Assembly: GCA_951804945.1 (NCBI GenBank)
Contig: OX638164.1
Location: 7,564,001-7,628,000 of the forward strand
DNA length: 64,000 nucleotides
Origin: Podarcis cretensis
Taxonomy: Eukaryota
Direction of reading: 5' to 3'
Part shown: positions 9,871 to 23,345 of the stretch, in pieces
Layout of the letters: every line of letters begins with the position of its first letter
Numbering within the stretch: the first letter of the stretch is position 1
Notes under the pieces: model-generated
What the model was told of the DNA's origin: nothing
The model's database searches: none
Seen by the model: only the letters and a program-made list of their open reading frames with translations
Program-made: the position numbers and the translations under genes

Positions 9871-12800
9871 TAATGCCCTCTTACATTGTCTTGTGCCATG
9901 ATGAATGAATTCAGCCTTTAAGCTCCTCTGTCCTTGGCCTGGGAACTGAATGGGTATTTGTGGCCCGTTCGTTTGCATTGGATCCCTGTCACCCCATGGG
10001 AACAGTGGTGAGCCGTGAAGAGGGTTGAGTTTGACCCCTCTTGGAAGTTGAGCATCGTGGATCCTACATGGTCATGCAGCTGGAGTTCAAGCAAAATAGT
10101 CTGCTCCTCTATAGTGTGATAGAAAACATTGTTCAAGGGCTCTCACAACTGTTGGTGAGTGCAGATTTTGGATAACAAGGTAAGACTATTTGACTTTTGT
10201 ATTGGGCAAGACAAGTTTATCAAGCCAGTGCTTTAGTTTCGTGTAAATAGACCTTGGAATGTGAACTGCCTGTGGGCTGACTCACTTTTCCATTGCCTTA
10301 CCTTCCTACTTCAGAGCTCTTGAAAGGCCACACTTGTGGGCTAAAAGTTAATCCAAAGAAAGTACTTTCCTGAAAGATAAATGGCAGCATCTGCTTGAGG
10401 CCACCTCATGGATCCTGGTCTCCCAGGCTCAACACTGTCAACCCTGCACTTTGCTGGTCATTAAGTCTAGTTCCAAATGTGGTGGGCTGTAGCACCCGTC
10501 CCCTATGCTAGGCAGTACTTCTCACCGCTCTTGACACATCCTGTATGCAAGTAAAGCGATGCACCCATCACTCCACACGCATGCTCAAAAACTAAGGTAT
10601 TGCAACCTAACAGCTATAAAAGTCTGATTAGCTGACTTGAGTAGGGGGTGCACTTTTAAGTAAGGTGAGGAAGAGCCATTGTATTACAATGTGAACCACA
10701 CATTCTCTGGTTCCTGCTAATCTGGAAGTGATGAGGATGTCCTTATTGTTGTCCAGTACTTGCTACGTCAGCTGCTATAAAGCTGTGTGCCTTAAGATGT
10801 AGTGCTTGCAGCTAGTTCATACTAACTAGAGTGGCAGGAATAGTGCCGGCAAAATCATCCGATAGGCTACATTGTGATGAAGCCATTTAAGGTAGAATAA
10901 GCACCAGTCTCTTGGGAGTTCTGAGGGTATAAACAAGTTCTTTGGCCATGCATCAAATGCTAAAAACTTACCTTTTAGCAGGCAAACACAAAGGGCCCTG
11001 GAATGACACTGGATCCTTTGTGTGGTTCTTCACCCTGTTTAATTGTGTAGCTCATTGGATGAAGATTGGATCCTGAAAGGCTGGGTTCAGATCTCTTAGC
11101 CATAGAGTTTACTGGGTCAGGGCCAGTCAGTATCTCCACCTTCCTCACAGCTATTGAGGAAGAGGTAGAGAGGGAGTGCCCTATTTGCAGTGCTTAGGTT
11201 TTTGCCTTCACTGGTGCTGGGGAGGCCCTGTGCATCACAGCTGCTTTTTCAAAGTCCAGTAAAGTCCTCTTGAACTGTAATGACTGAGGAACAGTGAGCT
11301 TCCTCAGAAATGTAAACTGAAAATAGCTTCTTGGGGAACTGCTGCATGATGAGACTTTGAGCCTTGCTGAGGTAAACAGGATTCTAATGATAAAAGGTCT
11401 ACGCTTGTTTAGTAACGGCTAAAAAGGCACAAACAAGACAAAGGAAAAAGGTAAATATTCATCGGGGGAAAGCCAGACCTGTAATTAACATGTGACTTGC
11501 CTTTGCATAATAAAACACCTGGGTCTTAGCTTGCGGCAAAATATTGTCAGCCTCATAAGGTTTCTGGTGCTGGATCAAACACCCTAGAGTACGGCACTTG
11601 CTGCATAATAATGCAAATTATAGCCTTCAATAATTGGCACATGATCCTTCAATAATTGGCATTTGATCAAGTTGCTTCGTGGAAAACAAAGTGATACTGT
11701 GGTAGGGGGGAGCCTCTGGCTTCTCTTAGCCATTAATGGAGCTACTTCTCATGATTCACTACTGGAGAATCTACACTTTTCTCAAGAAACTACTTGGAAG
11801 CAAAAAATAAAAAGGTTAATGCTCCTGAATGTATGTTTGTAGTTGGGATTAGCAGTTGGGGGCCTTGCAGCCAAGTAAAACAGGAATGGGGAGCTCCTAG
11901 CCTTCCAGAAGTTGCTGGCCTACTCCATTATCCCTTTCTTCTGACCATGTTAGCTGGGGCTGATGGGAAGTGGAACCCCACGGCTGAAGGGCACCTTATT
12001 GGTTATTCCTGGTTTAAGGAATACAATTCTGCACACTTAATCAGTTAATTTAGCCAGCTAAAACACTTGCATAGAGCCCTTGCACTCTGTAGGAGGGTAT
12101 ACTTCAAGTTCAGCTCTTGCCTGAATCCCACCTGCCCTCCAGAAACTTATCTCTTGCAGTAATGTGTCTGCACATGTGGGGTGACAAAGGGCCCAGTTGT
12201 CAGAAGCAGTAATTAGTAGGTAGCAATCAGAATTTTCATTTACGTAGGATGGAAAGGAAACGCCTTTCAGTTAAATCCAATGCTGCCGTTCTGCCTTTGC
12301 AGCTTAGCTTTTCCTCCGCTGAGCAGCCTGTTCAGCCTCAAAATCTCCAGGGGGCTGGGAGAGACTAGCAGATTTTGGGGTGAGCATGGGTAGGAGAGAG
12401 AGTCTTATTAATGCAAGCAGAACTTGCATTATTGTATTTTAAATTTTCATCCACCCTGGAACCTGATGGTAAAATAAATAAATAAATAAATAAATGTATA
12501 AACAGGAGTATATAATACCACTCCAATGGCCGCGGATGAACCTCTCAGCGACATTCATAATTGCATCTGGTAGAACCAGGGGGTTGCAGTGTCAGATTAT
12601 TTGCCAGATCCTGACCACAGAATATCCTTGTGAAGACCTTTGGCCATAAGTCAGAGGTTTTCATCCTTTCTGAGTTCACGGCTCTCTTAAGCAACTACAT
12701 TCTTTCTGTGGCACCCTTGTGGGGACCAGGAGCCCAGTTATGTCACCCCTTAGCCTCTCTCCCCTCTCCTTGGGAGTTCTCCGGGCAGCTACTGCTGCCG

Positions 12801-13194
12801 CCCCTGGTCTCTGAGCTGCCTCCAACCAGTGCCTGCGGAGCTTATAGCCAGGGCTGCTGCAACTAACAGCTGTGCAAGTATTTGGGAGGCTGGGGCTCTA
12901 GAGGGCATCAGAGGAGAAAGGAAAGAGGGACAGAGATTTGACTAGTATCAGCAATGTGATTGGCACCTGGGTTGGGCAAGTACCGGTAATCCTTTGGTTG
13001 CTGCAGTTGGAAAGTGTGGGAAGGTTTTAACAGGCTTGTAAAGAAGTTTGTTAAACTTGAGGTGGAGAAGACCTGTGACCCTCCAGATGTTGCCATGGCT
13101 GCAGCTCCCATTCCTGACCCATGTCCAACATCTGGAGGGCCACAGATGTCGCCCCACCCAGCACGAAACTTCAGAATCCGCGGTTAAGCAATGC

Positions 13195-13308
13195 TTTTTA
13201 TTGGGACCTGCAAAAATGTGACAAGCTTTCAAGATGTCCAAGACACTTCGTCAGGAGAGCTCAAAAGCCTCGCTTCTGCCACATTTTCATAGGTCCCAAT
13301 AAAGGTAT
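13195..13308. mobile_element. Penelope-like element terminal-repeat relic (two inverted arms)
   Basis: TTTATTGGGACC and GGTCCCAATAAAGG form an inverted pair. The minus arm has CTGACGA...GAAAGCTT. Confidence 0.55.
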
Positions 13309-15539
13309 GGCTGAACTGGTTTTTACGAACCAACATGGTTACATTAGCTTTTTAAGTGCATTAAATGTTAGTGTATAATCTGCCCCTTTTTCAGTTCAGA
13401 GAATAAAATTGTGTGCGCTAGAGTTAAATGGACTCCAGGATTGCCCTCTTGCTTTTTAAAATGTGTGTTGCTTTTTGGTAATCTCTTTGATTCTGTTTTC
13501 TGCTTGCTGCTCAGAAAAATGTAGAAAAAAATAAATCGGTAAAACCAGGAAATGAAACGTGAACTCTCTGGCTGCAATTAGTTTGCATATCGTTTCTGTT
13601 AACAGATGACTGAGGCATGCAGACTTGGAGCCCTGCTGGTGGATGATTTGAACTTGGAGCCAGGAGAGGATTCCTAGAGGCTTGCCTATCCAAAAGACAA
13701 CCCTTTTCCTCCTTGAATGTTTTCAGGCCCTTGCAGAACAGTTCAGCAGTACACGGGAGAGGAGGAGACCCGTTTTTGTTTGCTGGATCACGGCCTGGCA
13801 AGCTTTAGCATAGAATTCCTTCAGCATCACTGCCATTGTGTTTCCTGGAGTCCATATCCACCAAAGGGGAAGAGGGCATTTAGGCATTGCAGCGACTGAG
13901 GACTGTTTAACCCTGCTGGATGCGATTCCTCTCAAAATGGGGTGGGTGCAGATTGGCCTTTTTTGACTGGCCCATGGTGATTTTCGAATGTAGTTGGCAT
14001 TAGCATTTTCATAGAGACCTCAAATTGCCAATGGCTACTGGCATTTTTGTTCAAGAGCCATCTCTGTAGCCAGTAAGCAACATACAAACGACATAAGCAA
14101 CACCAGATCTCTCAGCACCCAGGCACTGCAATGTACTCAGACTCAACTAGTCACAACCTTGTGCTCCTTGCCTGACAGTGTGCAAGTTGTTAAGCATATC
14201 CACCATTCCAGACATGCACACACTCTTGCTTCCCTCATGTAAGGGAAGGGAAGTTCAGCATACTGCTGAACCTACTGAATACAAATACTTGGTCAGAGGT
14301 CACATACAGAATTTGGCAGAGACAGGACTTGAACACAGGACTCCTAAAATCCATGTCCAGTTCTTGTTTTCTATGCCCCTCGCAACTCATAAATCTTGTG
14401 ATCTGAAGCATTTATAAAAGTTGAATTTACTTCCATTACTACCATACTTGTGGCTCTTGATTTCCTTTGCAACTCTAGGTCATGAGGCCTATGTATTGGA
14501 GGTCCTGAATAACTGTATTTAAAGCATTTCTTAAAGGACAGTGCAATGCACTAGAATTTCATCATGTCACAAACAAGGACCAAATACTTCCTCTTCCCCA
14601 GCTGTGGTCATTTAGCTTGTGGAACTAGTCCGTTGAAAATAGTACAGCAACTGAATTAAGTAAAAATCACTGGGGCCCTAAAACAACATATTTTGAATAG
14701 GTGCACAATTCAAAGATTTGGAAAAATGCTCTAAAACTGCTCTTAATGAGCTGTGCCATTGGACTCTTGAGATCGCGTTCACATTCCCATGGTGCTAAAT
14801 CACCCTTTCTGGCAATCCTTTTTCACTCTTTGCAAGCCATGACTCCTGCAAAAATGAGAAATGGCTTAATTCCTAGTGACTTCTGCACATGTTTACTGGA
14901 TGAATTACACCCCCTCCCCCTTGGTTCTTGCTTAACGTACGGGCTCCATGCCAATTTAATAGCTGCACTGCTGAGGAACTGAGTGCAATGCAGGGACACC
15001 TGACCTTAGTTCTGAAAAGAGTGCGATGTTCTGTAACATTGCTTGCACCCTTGAATTCTGATTCAAGGATCCAAAGAACCCATGACTGCAGAAAGCCGCC
15101 TTACACTGAGGTCAGACCAATGGTCCATGTAGCTCAGTATTGTTTGGCTCGCCAGGATTGAAGGCAGGCTTCTCTCCCCATCTTACTTAGAAATACTGGC
15201 AACTGAAGCAGAGGTGTGTCTGTAAATCTGATGGTCATCACTGAGCTATGCCCCTGCCCCTAACATCACAACCAGAACAGGAGGGGTGTTTTTTTAAGGG
15301 CAGTTTGTTAGAGTCAACAAGATATGCTAGACTTGTGCAAATGTCTCAAAGGCCACAGTATCCGCTTTTCCTGGAAAGCCTTTCATTCATATTGTTTACA
15401 ACAAACCAGTTGAAGAGGTGTTTCTCTGTTAGGCCTGGGCCTTCAGTCCGTCTGCAACTCTGGGTCCATGCTAGGGATGGATGTATCCCATCTTATTGCA
15501 AGTCCTTCAGTCTCACAAGTCTCCTAAGTCCACATTAAA

Positions 15540-15908
15540 GGTAAAGGTAAAGGTACCCCTGCCCGTACGGGCCAGTCTTGACAGACTCTGGGGTTGTGCG
15601 CCCATCTCACTTAAGAGGCCAGGGGCCAGCGCTGTCCGGAGACACTTCCGGGTCACGTGGCCAGCATGACATCGCTGCTCTGGCCAGAGCCGGAGCCGGA
15701 GCCGCACACGGAAACGCCGTTTACCTTCCCACTGGTAAGCGGTCCCTATTTATCTACTTGCACCTGGAGGTGCTTTCGAGCTGCTAGGTTGGCAGGCGCT
15801 GGGACCGAGCAGCGGGAGCTCACCCCGCCGCAGGGATTCGAACCGCCGACCTTTCGATCGGCAAGCCCTAGGCGCTGAGGCTTTAACCCACAGCGCCACC
15901 TGCGTCCC
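15540..15908 (-). mobile_element. Sauria SINE, full length, young
   Basis: tRNA-like head GGGACGCAGGTGGCGCTGTGGG, (ACCTTT)n tail, TSD AAGTCCACATTAAA (15526-15539 and 15909-15922). Confidence 0.92.
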
Positions 15909-17419
15909 AAGTCCACATTAAAAACAACCAAAAGTTTTCGTTTAATTTTTTGGAGGTGTTTTATCCCAAAAGATAAAATGATTTATTCTTTATGCTGAGA
16001 ACTGTTTCAGCATTGGGAGGAATGTATGAACCTACGAAAATACTGCAAATAACTTGCTTTCGCAGCAGAGCAGGCTGAACCACAACCTTTAACCCTGATG
16101 TGCTAGCCTTCCTACTTGCAGGGAAGTTTCTGGGGAGGCACCACTTTAAAGTGGTGTAGACAAGATGATACTTTCCAATTGCAAAGAAGTATGCTGCAGC
16201 TGCGTTTTGGGATGGTTATCTTGGAACATGAGCCAGAAGGTAAGACAATGATTGTACTGCTGTCTGCTGGAAAGCAGACAAGACTACTCTGCCTCCCCAG
16301 GCAGGTTCAAGACTGATGCTTCCCCTGAGCTGTCCTTTAAACAGTGATCTGGTAAATTCCCCCTAAGAACCAGCATAGCATTGCTCAGGGCATTGTTGTG
16401 AATTTTAAAACTGCCCCACTAACTTGCCACCTCTTGCTTGCATTCTAAGAAAAGACCAGAGGCACACTGATGTAGCAAGGAGGGCATTTGTGTGGGTTCC
16501 TTCAAAACCTGGGCCAAGCCTTGTGCATGTGTGCACGCATGCATGCTAAGATGCATATATTGTGTGTGGATTTCAGTGGAAGTTGCTTTTGGGTCTTAGT
16601 AAAAACAAGTCCACATTTGCTTGCATTCTTACTCTTCTACCTCTGCTTCCAACTTAGGAATATAGGAATGTGCTATGAATTAAAACAACTGCTCCTTAGA
16701 TTCCATCCTGGTTTTTTCTTGTTTTTTCTTTTAATGTCAGGGCCATTTCCCCACCCACCCACCATTGTTCCTTCATAAGTCACTCTGTTTATGCTTTTAA
16801 ATTTCTGAGCAAATGCCTGCTTTCTATTGGAGCGGCCTACACATAGTACTTGATTCCAACAATGGTAGGCCCTTTTCAAACAGGCCCTTCTTCTTTCCAA
16901 GAACTCTTCAGGCACTCGCAGAGCATGCAGATTGGAATCCCGTTGCGTCTCGAGCTGCAATGTGGCGATGTGCCATCATCCCTGCCTGCTGAACGTGCGG
17001 CAGGGAGCACTGGAGGTGAATGGCATGAAATAAATATTGGAAATCTGTGTACCCACAGAAGAGGTAGCCTGCTGCCTCTCAGAGCAATGGGTGGCTCTCC
17101 CATTTCTTTCTCTAGAGGCATGGAATTCTGGACCCCCCCCCTCTGTGGCGCACAGGGGATTGGATCGCTCAGTTGCTCTTGCAGAGGCACACAGCAGACT
17201 TGGCTCTTGCCTAGAACTGGGAGCAACTTTCCAGAGTTTCAGGCAAGGATGCTTTCCCAGGATGCCTGGAGATGCAAAGCTGCACTTTTAACTACAGAGA
17301 AATGTTCCCTCCATCGTTAAAAGTAAGCCCCTTCCTGTCCTCTTGACTACAGGCTGCCTGTTAATAGGAACAGAACTAATTCATAATATAATATAATATA
17401 ATTAATATAATATAATATA

Positions 17420-18420
17420 CCACCCTATAGAGGCAGGTCTCAGGGTGGTTCACAGAATAAAATCGAAATATAAAACCACGAAAGACATAATCAAAATAAA
17501 ACAACCCAATAACCCCCACAAAAAAATCCCGCCCACATTTTAAAAGGGCATAGGATGTCAATCAAATCAACCAAAGACCTGGTTAAAAAGGAACGTTTTT
17601 GCCTGGTACCTAAAGGTGTATAATGAAGGCGCCAGGCGAACTTCCCTGGGGAGAACATTCCACAGAGGGGGAGCCACTGCAGAGAAGGCCCTGTTCTCAT
17701 GTTGCACCCTCTGGACCTCTCGAGGAGGAGGCACACGAAGAAGGGCCTCAGAAGATAGGATCTAAGGTAGGTTCATATGAAAAGAAGTCCTTGAGGTATT
17801 GTGGTCCGGAGCCATTTAAGGCTTTATAAGTCAAAACCAGCACTTTGAATTGGACCCGGAAGCTAATTGGTATCCAGTGCGGTCTGCACTAGCTGAAGTT
17901 TCCAAACCGTCTTCGGAGGCAGCCCTACGTATAATGCACTGCAGTCATCTAACCTTGAGGTTACCAGAGCAAAGACAACAAAAGTTAGGCTATCCCTGTC
18001 CAGAAAGCTAATGAAAGGCACTCCAGGCCACTGAGGCCGCCTGAGCTTCGAGCAACAGCAAAGGATCCAGGAGTACCTGCAAGCTACGAACCTGCTCCTT
18101 CAGAGGAAGTGTAACCCCATCAAGAGCAGGCAATCTCCCACCCATCCAGTCTAGGGAACCATCCAGGAACGGGGCTTCAGTCTTTCTGGATTGAGTTTCA
18201 GTTTGTTGGCTCCCATCCAGTCCATTACCAAGGCAAGACACTGGTCCAGCGCTTCCACTGCCTCACCTGCAGATGTAAAGAAGAAACAGAGCCGAGTGTC
18301 ATCGGCATACTGCTGACAATGTACTCCAAACCTCTGGATAACCCCACCCAGTGGTTTCATGTAGATGTTAAACAACCTACAGGATAGGATTGAGCCCTAG
18401 GAAACCCCACATTGAAGGTT
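17420..18420 (-). mobile_element. L2-clade LINE fragments (RT and 3' end)
   Basis: Minus-strand translation ...QQYADDTRL...LDQCLALVMDWMGANKLKLNP, plus an L2-type 3' region. Confidence 0.8.
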
Positions 18421-19251
18421 CCACAATTGTCCTTACTGGCAGTGGTTTCCCAGGGCATCATGCAGAGGTATCTTCCGATTTTGGTAATCTAGCTCCCTGA
18501 GCAAGGCCAAATTTGGTGCCACCCTCCCCCCCATATTTCTTATTTTCACAATACAGACAACTTCCAATTTATGCAGGAGTTACATTTTAAAGCACTGCGC
18601 GTTTAAGTGAAATCACGGATATTTGAAACGCAGTTGGAAAAAGCTGCAAACACCCCGTTCTACCCACATTCCATTGGGTCAATTCCAGGTTTGGTGCAAT
18701 ACACATATGCGTGGCCAGGCACATATTGAACGTGTGCGAATGAGGGGATGTCTGTAATTGAGTAGGTAGGTACCTGTATAAATATAGCTATTTCTTATTT
18801 TGCATCTCCTCGGTTCAGCACCCTGTAGGGGGACCCACCCACACTGCCCGAAGTCTGGTGCTGCCACAGCTCTTTCAGGCACCTTTTAGCCTGGAGGTTT
18901 CCAGGACCCCCCTGCAACGCATGTGCTCTGCTCCTAAGCTGCATTCTCTGCTCATTGCTCAGGCTGGGGTCCAGTTTAAAGGAAAACAATCTCCAGGCAT
19001 TATTTTGGCACTCCTCATGCCTTTTGCTTTTAAAATCAGACATGCACACCCCAGCTGCTCTTTTGTACATGAATGCAGCAGGCATCCAGATGTTGCTTCT
19101 CATTTGTACCCAGATTTAAAGTGGTTTTATTTAACATTAAACAACAACGAAGTGTCAGATTGCTTTACTAGAGGAGCGCTGTTTTCTTGACTAGATGCAA
19201 GTAGGAACTGTGCAGAAAGAAACCTGATCTGTCCCAAATTCACTCTGGCTA

Positions 19252-19481
19252 CAGGGGTCAGCAAACATTTTCAGCAGGGGGCCGGTCCACTGTCCCTCAG
19301 ACCTTGTGGGGGGCCAGACTATATTTTTTGGGGGGATGAACGAATTCCTATGCCCCACAAATAACCCAGAGATTCATTTTAAATAAAAGCACACTTTCTA
19401 CCCATGTAAATACGCTGATTCCCAGATTTAGACGGCGATTGGGCTGGATGCAGCCCCCGGGCCTTAGTTTGCCTACCCATG
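19252..19481 (+). mobile_element. hAT-type non-autonomous element
   Basis: CAGGGGTCAGCAAAC...TTTGCCTACCCATG ends. A reverse-oriented relative lies at about 24480-24728. Confidence 0.7.
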
Positions 19482-20979
19482 GGCTACATCTTTGCTGGTT
19501 CAAACAGGAAAAGATCCACTTCCTAGGGTTACTGTCGGATGGCGGAAGAGTCAAGCGTGTGCCTCGTTAAGATGTTGGTCACGTATATCATCTTCCTATT
19601 GCTAAAGCCACTTAGGAGGGAGGCTATAAAACCGCTTCCCAAAAAACCATGGCTTGCTGAAGCCATCTAGTGGGGGAAACTGAAAATGCCGTTTGGGTTT
19701 GCGATGGTCTTTCCTCTGCCTGATCAGATGCATCGTGCCATCTGTTTGACTGCTTCAACACATGTGAAGCACAAGTTAATAGATGAAAGACAGAGATAAA
19801 GTTCTCCAGGTCATGCAAGTCCTTTGTGAACTTAACCAAGAAAGTGAAGGCAAAGGGGCAGAGTGTTTCCAAAAACCACATTCTCATGCACATCAGAGTT
19901 CTTTGGAAACTTACAGAATGCTAATCACCGGAGGGCAAGCGTCTCTGAAAGCTCATTGAGGAGAAACCTGCTGGATCGGGCCCAAAGTCCAGCATCTAGT
20001 TTCCTACAGTGGCAAATCAGATGTCTCCGGAAGACCCACAAGCAAGGAATAAAGTCGACAGCCCTCTTCCTGTTGCTGCAACATCTCATAGACTACTACC
20101 ATGGGTGGGACATTCTATGGCATGCTTTCAGTTCAAATACAGTGACAGAAGAGCCCAATAGACCACACCTGTGGGCCATGTCAAAAGGGTATGAGCTCTG
20201 CGATAGCATCCCTGGGTTTCTTTGGCAGACACGGCAGAGAATACGATGTTCCCGGAAGGTAAAAAGTTAGAAAAGGACATGGGAATGTGCGATGCCACAA
20301 ATAAGTCCGACAGCTGCTATCTAAAATAAAGTTACATTCTTAAAGCTTGGCTATTTGGGAGCATGGAGATTACTCAAGAGTAAACAAGCATAGCAAGAAT
20401 GTGTTGTCACCTCGGGGAACAATGGGTCAGTGCTTCTGGCTGTTAACCAGAAGGATGCTGGTTCAAGCCCACCCAGGGACGGCTCTGGGCAAGATTCCCG
20501 CATTGCAGGGGTTGGACTGGATTACCCTTGGGATCTCCTCCAGCTCTATGATACTATGAAACCACCTAAACTGGAATGCTGCCAATCAGGGCTTCAAGCA
20601 TTGCACTATAAACAGGGCAGAGAAGCTGTGCCCCTCCAGATATCACTAGACTACAACTCCCATCATCTCTGTTCCATTGGCCGTGCTGACTGGGGCTGAT
20701 GGGAGTTGGAGTCCAACAACATCTGGACAGCCACAGATCTTCCCCTCTCCTGTGTTCAAGCATTGCCCTGGTTTGCCATTATTTCCCAGCTGACACTCGA
20801 CCAGCTGTGGTTACTGAGCATGCTCAGGCTTTATTTTTGGCCTTGTTTGCCTAATTAGCTAGCAAGTCTCTGGGTTCCCCTTAGAGTACACCCCCCTCTT
20901 TTTTGCCTTGTTAATGGTCCCTGTCTGCCAGCACCCACTACCTTCTTTTGCCGTGAAGCAAAGTGCAGTGGCGAGGAAA

Positions 20980-21370
20980 GGCCACATAGCTCAGTGTTGG
21001 AGTAGCTGCTTTGCATGTAGAAGGTCTCAGGTTCAACCCTCAGCCTCTCCACCTAGGGCTGTGAAAGGCTCCCTTCTTGAACCCCTAGAGAGCCACTGCC
21101 AACCATTGTGGACAAGACTCAGCCATATGGACCCAGGATCTATATCCAAGGCAGCTTCCTATGTTCATAATTCAATCAACCCTTTCATTCAGACTCATGA
21201 GGACTAGAACCATGTTCTGTTTTTAGGAGAACAGCTGTAGCTCAATGGCAGAGTGCCTGCCTTGCTTCCAGAAGGTCCCAGGTGGAATCTCTGGCATCTC
21301 CAGGTAGGGCTGGGAAACACTCCTTGCATAAAACCCCGGAGAGCTGCTTCCAGTCAGCGTAGACCAGTGT
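20980..21370 (+). mobile_element. Two old tRNA-headed SINE copies
   Basis: TAGCTCAGTG...GCATGTAGAAGGTCTCAGGTTCAA heads. Similar copies near 25690, 26340-26680, 40000 and 57230. Confidence 0.6.
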
Positions 21371-23345
21371 TTCTCAGCCTGTGGATCGGGACCTGCGTGA
21401 ACCTTGTGGAATTGGATTGCAGGCTTTATCATATTTACTCGGATGCCTCAAGTTAATGTTTATCAAATAGGCAAACGTGCAGTTAAAATGCATTAAATCG
21501 GTGGTAGCTGAAGACCTGAGGTCCAAAATTCGGGGGACGATAAACCGATGGGGCCAAGTAAATTTGGGTTTGTGGGTCATCATACCCAAAAAGTTAGTAT
21601 GGACTAAGAACGTAAAGTAGGCTTGCTGTACGTCAGGAAAATTCCTGACATGTCCTGGTTTCCGGGTGTAAAAATGGCGTCGGGGGGGATTTTGCCGAAG
21701 TGACAAAACCTGGATGGATGGATGGAAAAAACAGAGGAAATGGCTCCAAAAAATTCACTATTTTGAGAGGAGGTTTCCCCAAAAAAGCTCAGCCATTTGG
21801 GTTTGCTCTCAAAAAAAGCTCAACAGCAACTTTGCAGGTGTCAGGATTTTTTTCTGAAATATGGCAACCCGAACGTAAAGAGAGGCCTGTCTAGTCCAGC
21901 ATCTGATCCACTCAGCAGCCAGTTAAATAAATCTAGAAAACTGGCAAGCAGGAGCTGAGTTCATCTCTCCTCCCCTGGCTTCTAGCAGCTGGTATTCAGC
22001 AGCATTTCTGTGCAGAGAGGCCGACAGCTAGATGGACCTCATGGCCTGACTCAGCCAAAGGGAGCTTCCTGCCTTCCTCTGTCCTCAACAGCAAGCCTGG
22101 CATGGGCCCGTGCAGCTGGCCTGCCTGTGTCTAATGAAAGAGGCAGGAAGGTTTTTTAAGCAGGCAGTTTTTATGGACTGCCTCGAGAGTCTTTCATGCT
22201 TCCCCCTGGTTTTCATGGGTTTGGGGCAGCCTGCGACTGCCGAGAGAGGGCCAGCCCCCATTGTCTGGCAGCTGCTGCGAGGAGGGTTTCTTGTTTCCAG
22301 CGGAATTCTAGACATCCCTCTAAGCTTTCCCCCGCCTTTGATGTGCCCGTGAATCTCTGCCTTTGTCCTCTTGGACTCCAGGGGCCTCCTTCGCTGGAGA
22401 AATATTTCAGCCGTCTTCCCACTTCGCTTCGCGAGGTTCCTTCCGCAGAAAAGCAAAACTGAATGGGCAGGTCGCTTTGCTATCCGCCCTTATTTGTAAT
22501 TACTATTTTTTTCCCTTTTGTATTACTATTTTTTTTTGCATGCAAACACAAACAGGCACAATGAACACCAAAGACGTCGCACAAATTCAGATTTTAAGTG
22601 CCATCAAACGCAGCAGGTGACAAAGATCTGTAGCAGGAAGCAGACCCACAGGGCTCAATCATGTAACCGTAACACATCATTTTATTTTATTATGCTTTTT
22701 AAAAAGCATGGCGCTGTGCTTTAGGCTTTGTTTCATAAATTTATATACCACTTGATTTTTATTTTTTAAAATGTGGTTTGCAAAAAGAATAAAACAATAT
22801 TATTATCAGCAAAAACAACATCCAAACAATTAAAACCAGCAATAAACTAATCAGCTGTCTAGATATCTGGGTAGACTTGTCTAAACAAAAATGTTTTTAG
22901 CAGGTGCCGAAAAGAGTCCATTGAAGGTGCCCGTCTGATATCGACAGGCAGGGAGTTGTGGAATAGTTATGGATACCTGTAAAAGTGCCAGTTCCGCAGG
23001 TCGAAGTGGTGGGAGAGGGTATATAGATTGGGTGATGTGGTCTCGCAGGTAAACTGGTCCCAAGTTGGTCAGGGCTGGAATTCCTGCATCGCAGAGGCTT
23101 GGATTGATGACTCTTGGAGATCCCTTCTAACTCTACAGCTCTTTGATTCCATGACTGACCGTTGCTGCCTGCATATTTCAAGCCACTTTGCTTTGCTTTT
23201 CAAGTTGGAGTGCCCTAGTGTGGTGTTTACTCAAGTCATTAGCTTTGTCTTCGGGTGAGGACTTGGAATGCGGAAGGAGAACATTGCCAGCCAGAGGAAC
23301 TCCTAGCCGGAACCTGACCCAGCCCACCCTCATGCCCCCTATCAC

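Noticed and set aside
16850-17320. 156-aa ORF, and similar ORFs at 19863, 24850 and 34594
   Set aside because: No recognisable domain or exon structure; consistent with chance ORFs or repeats.
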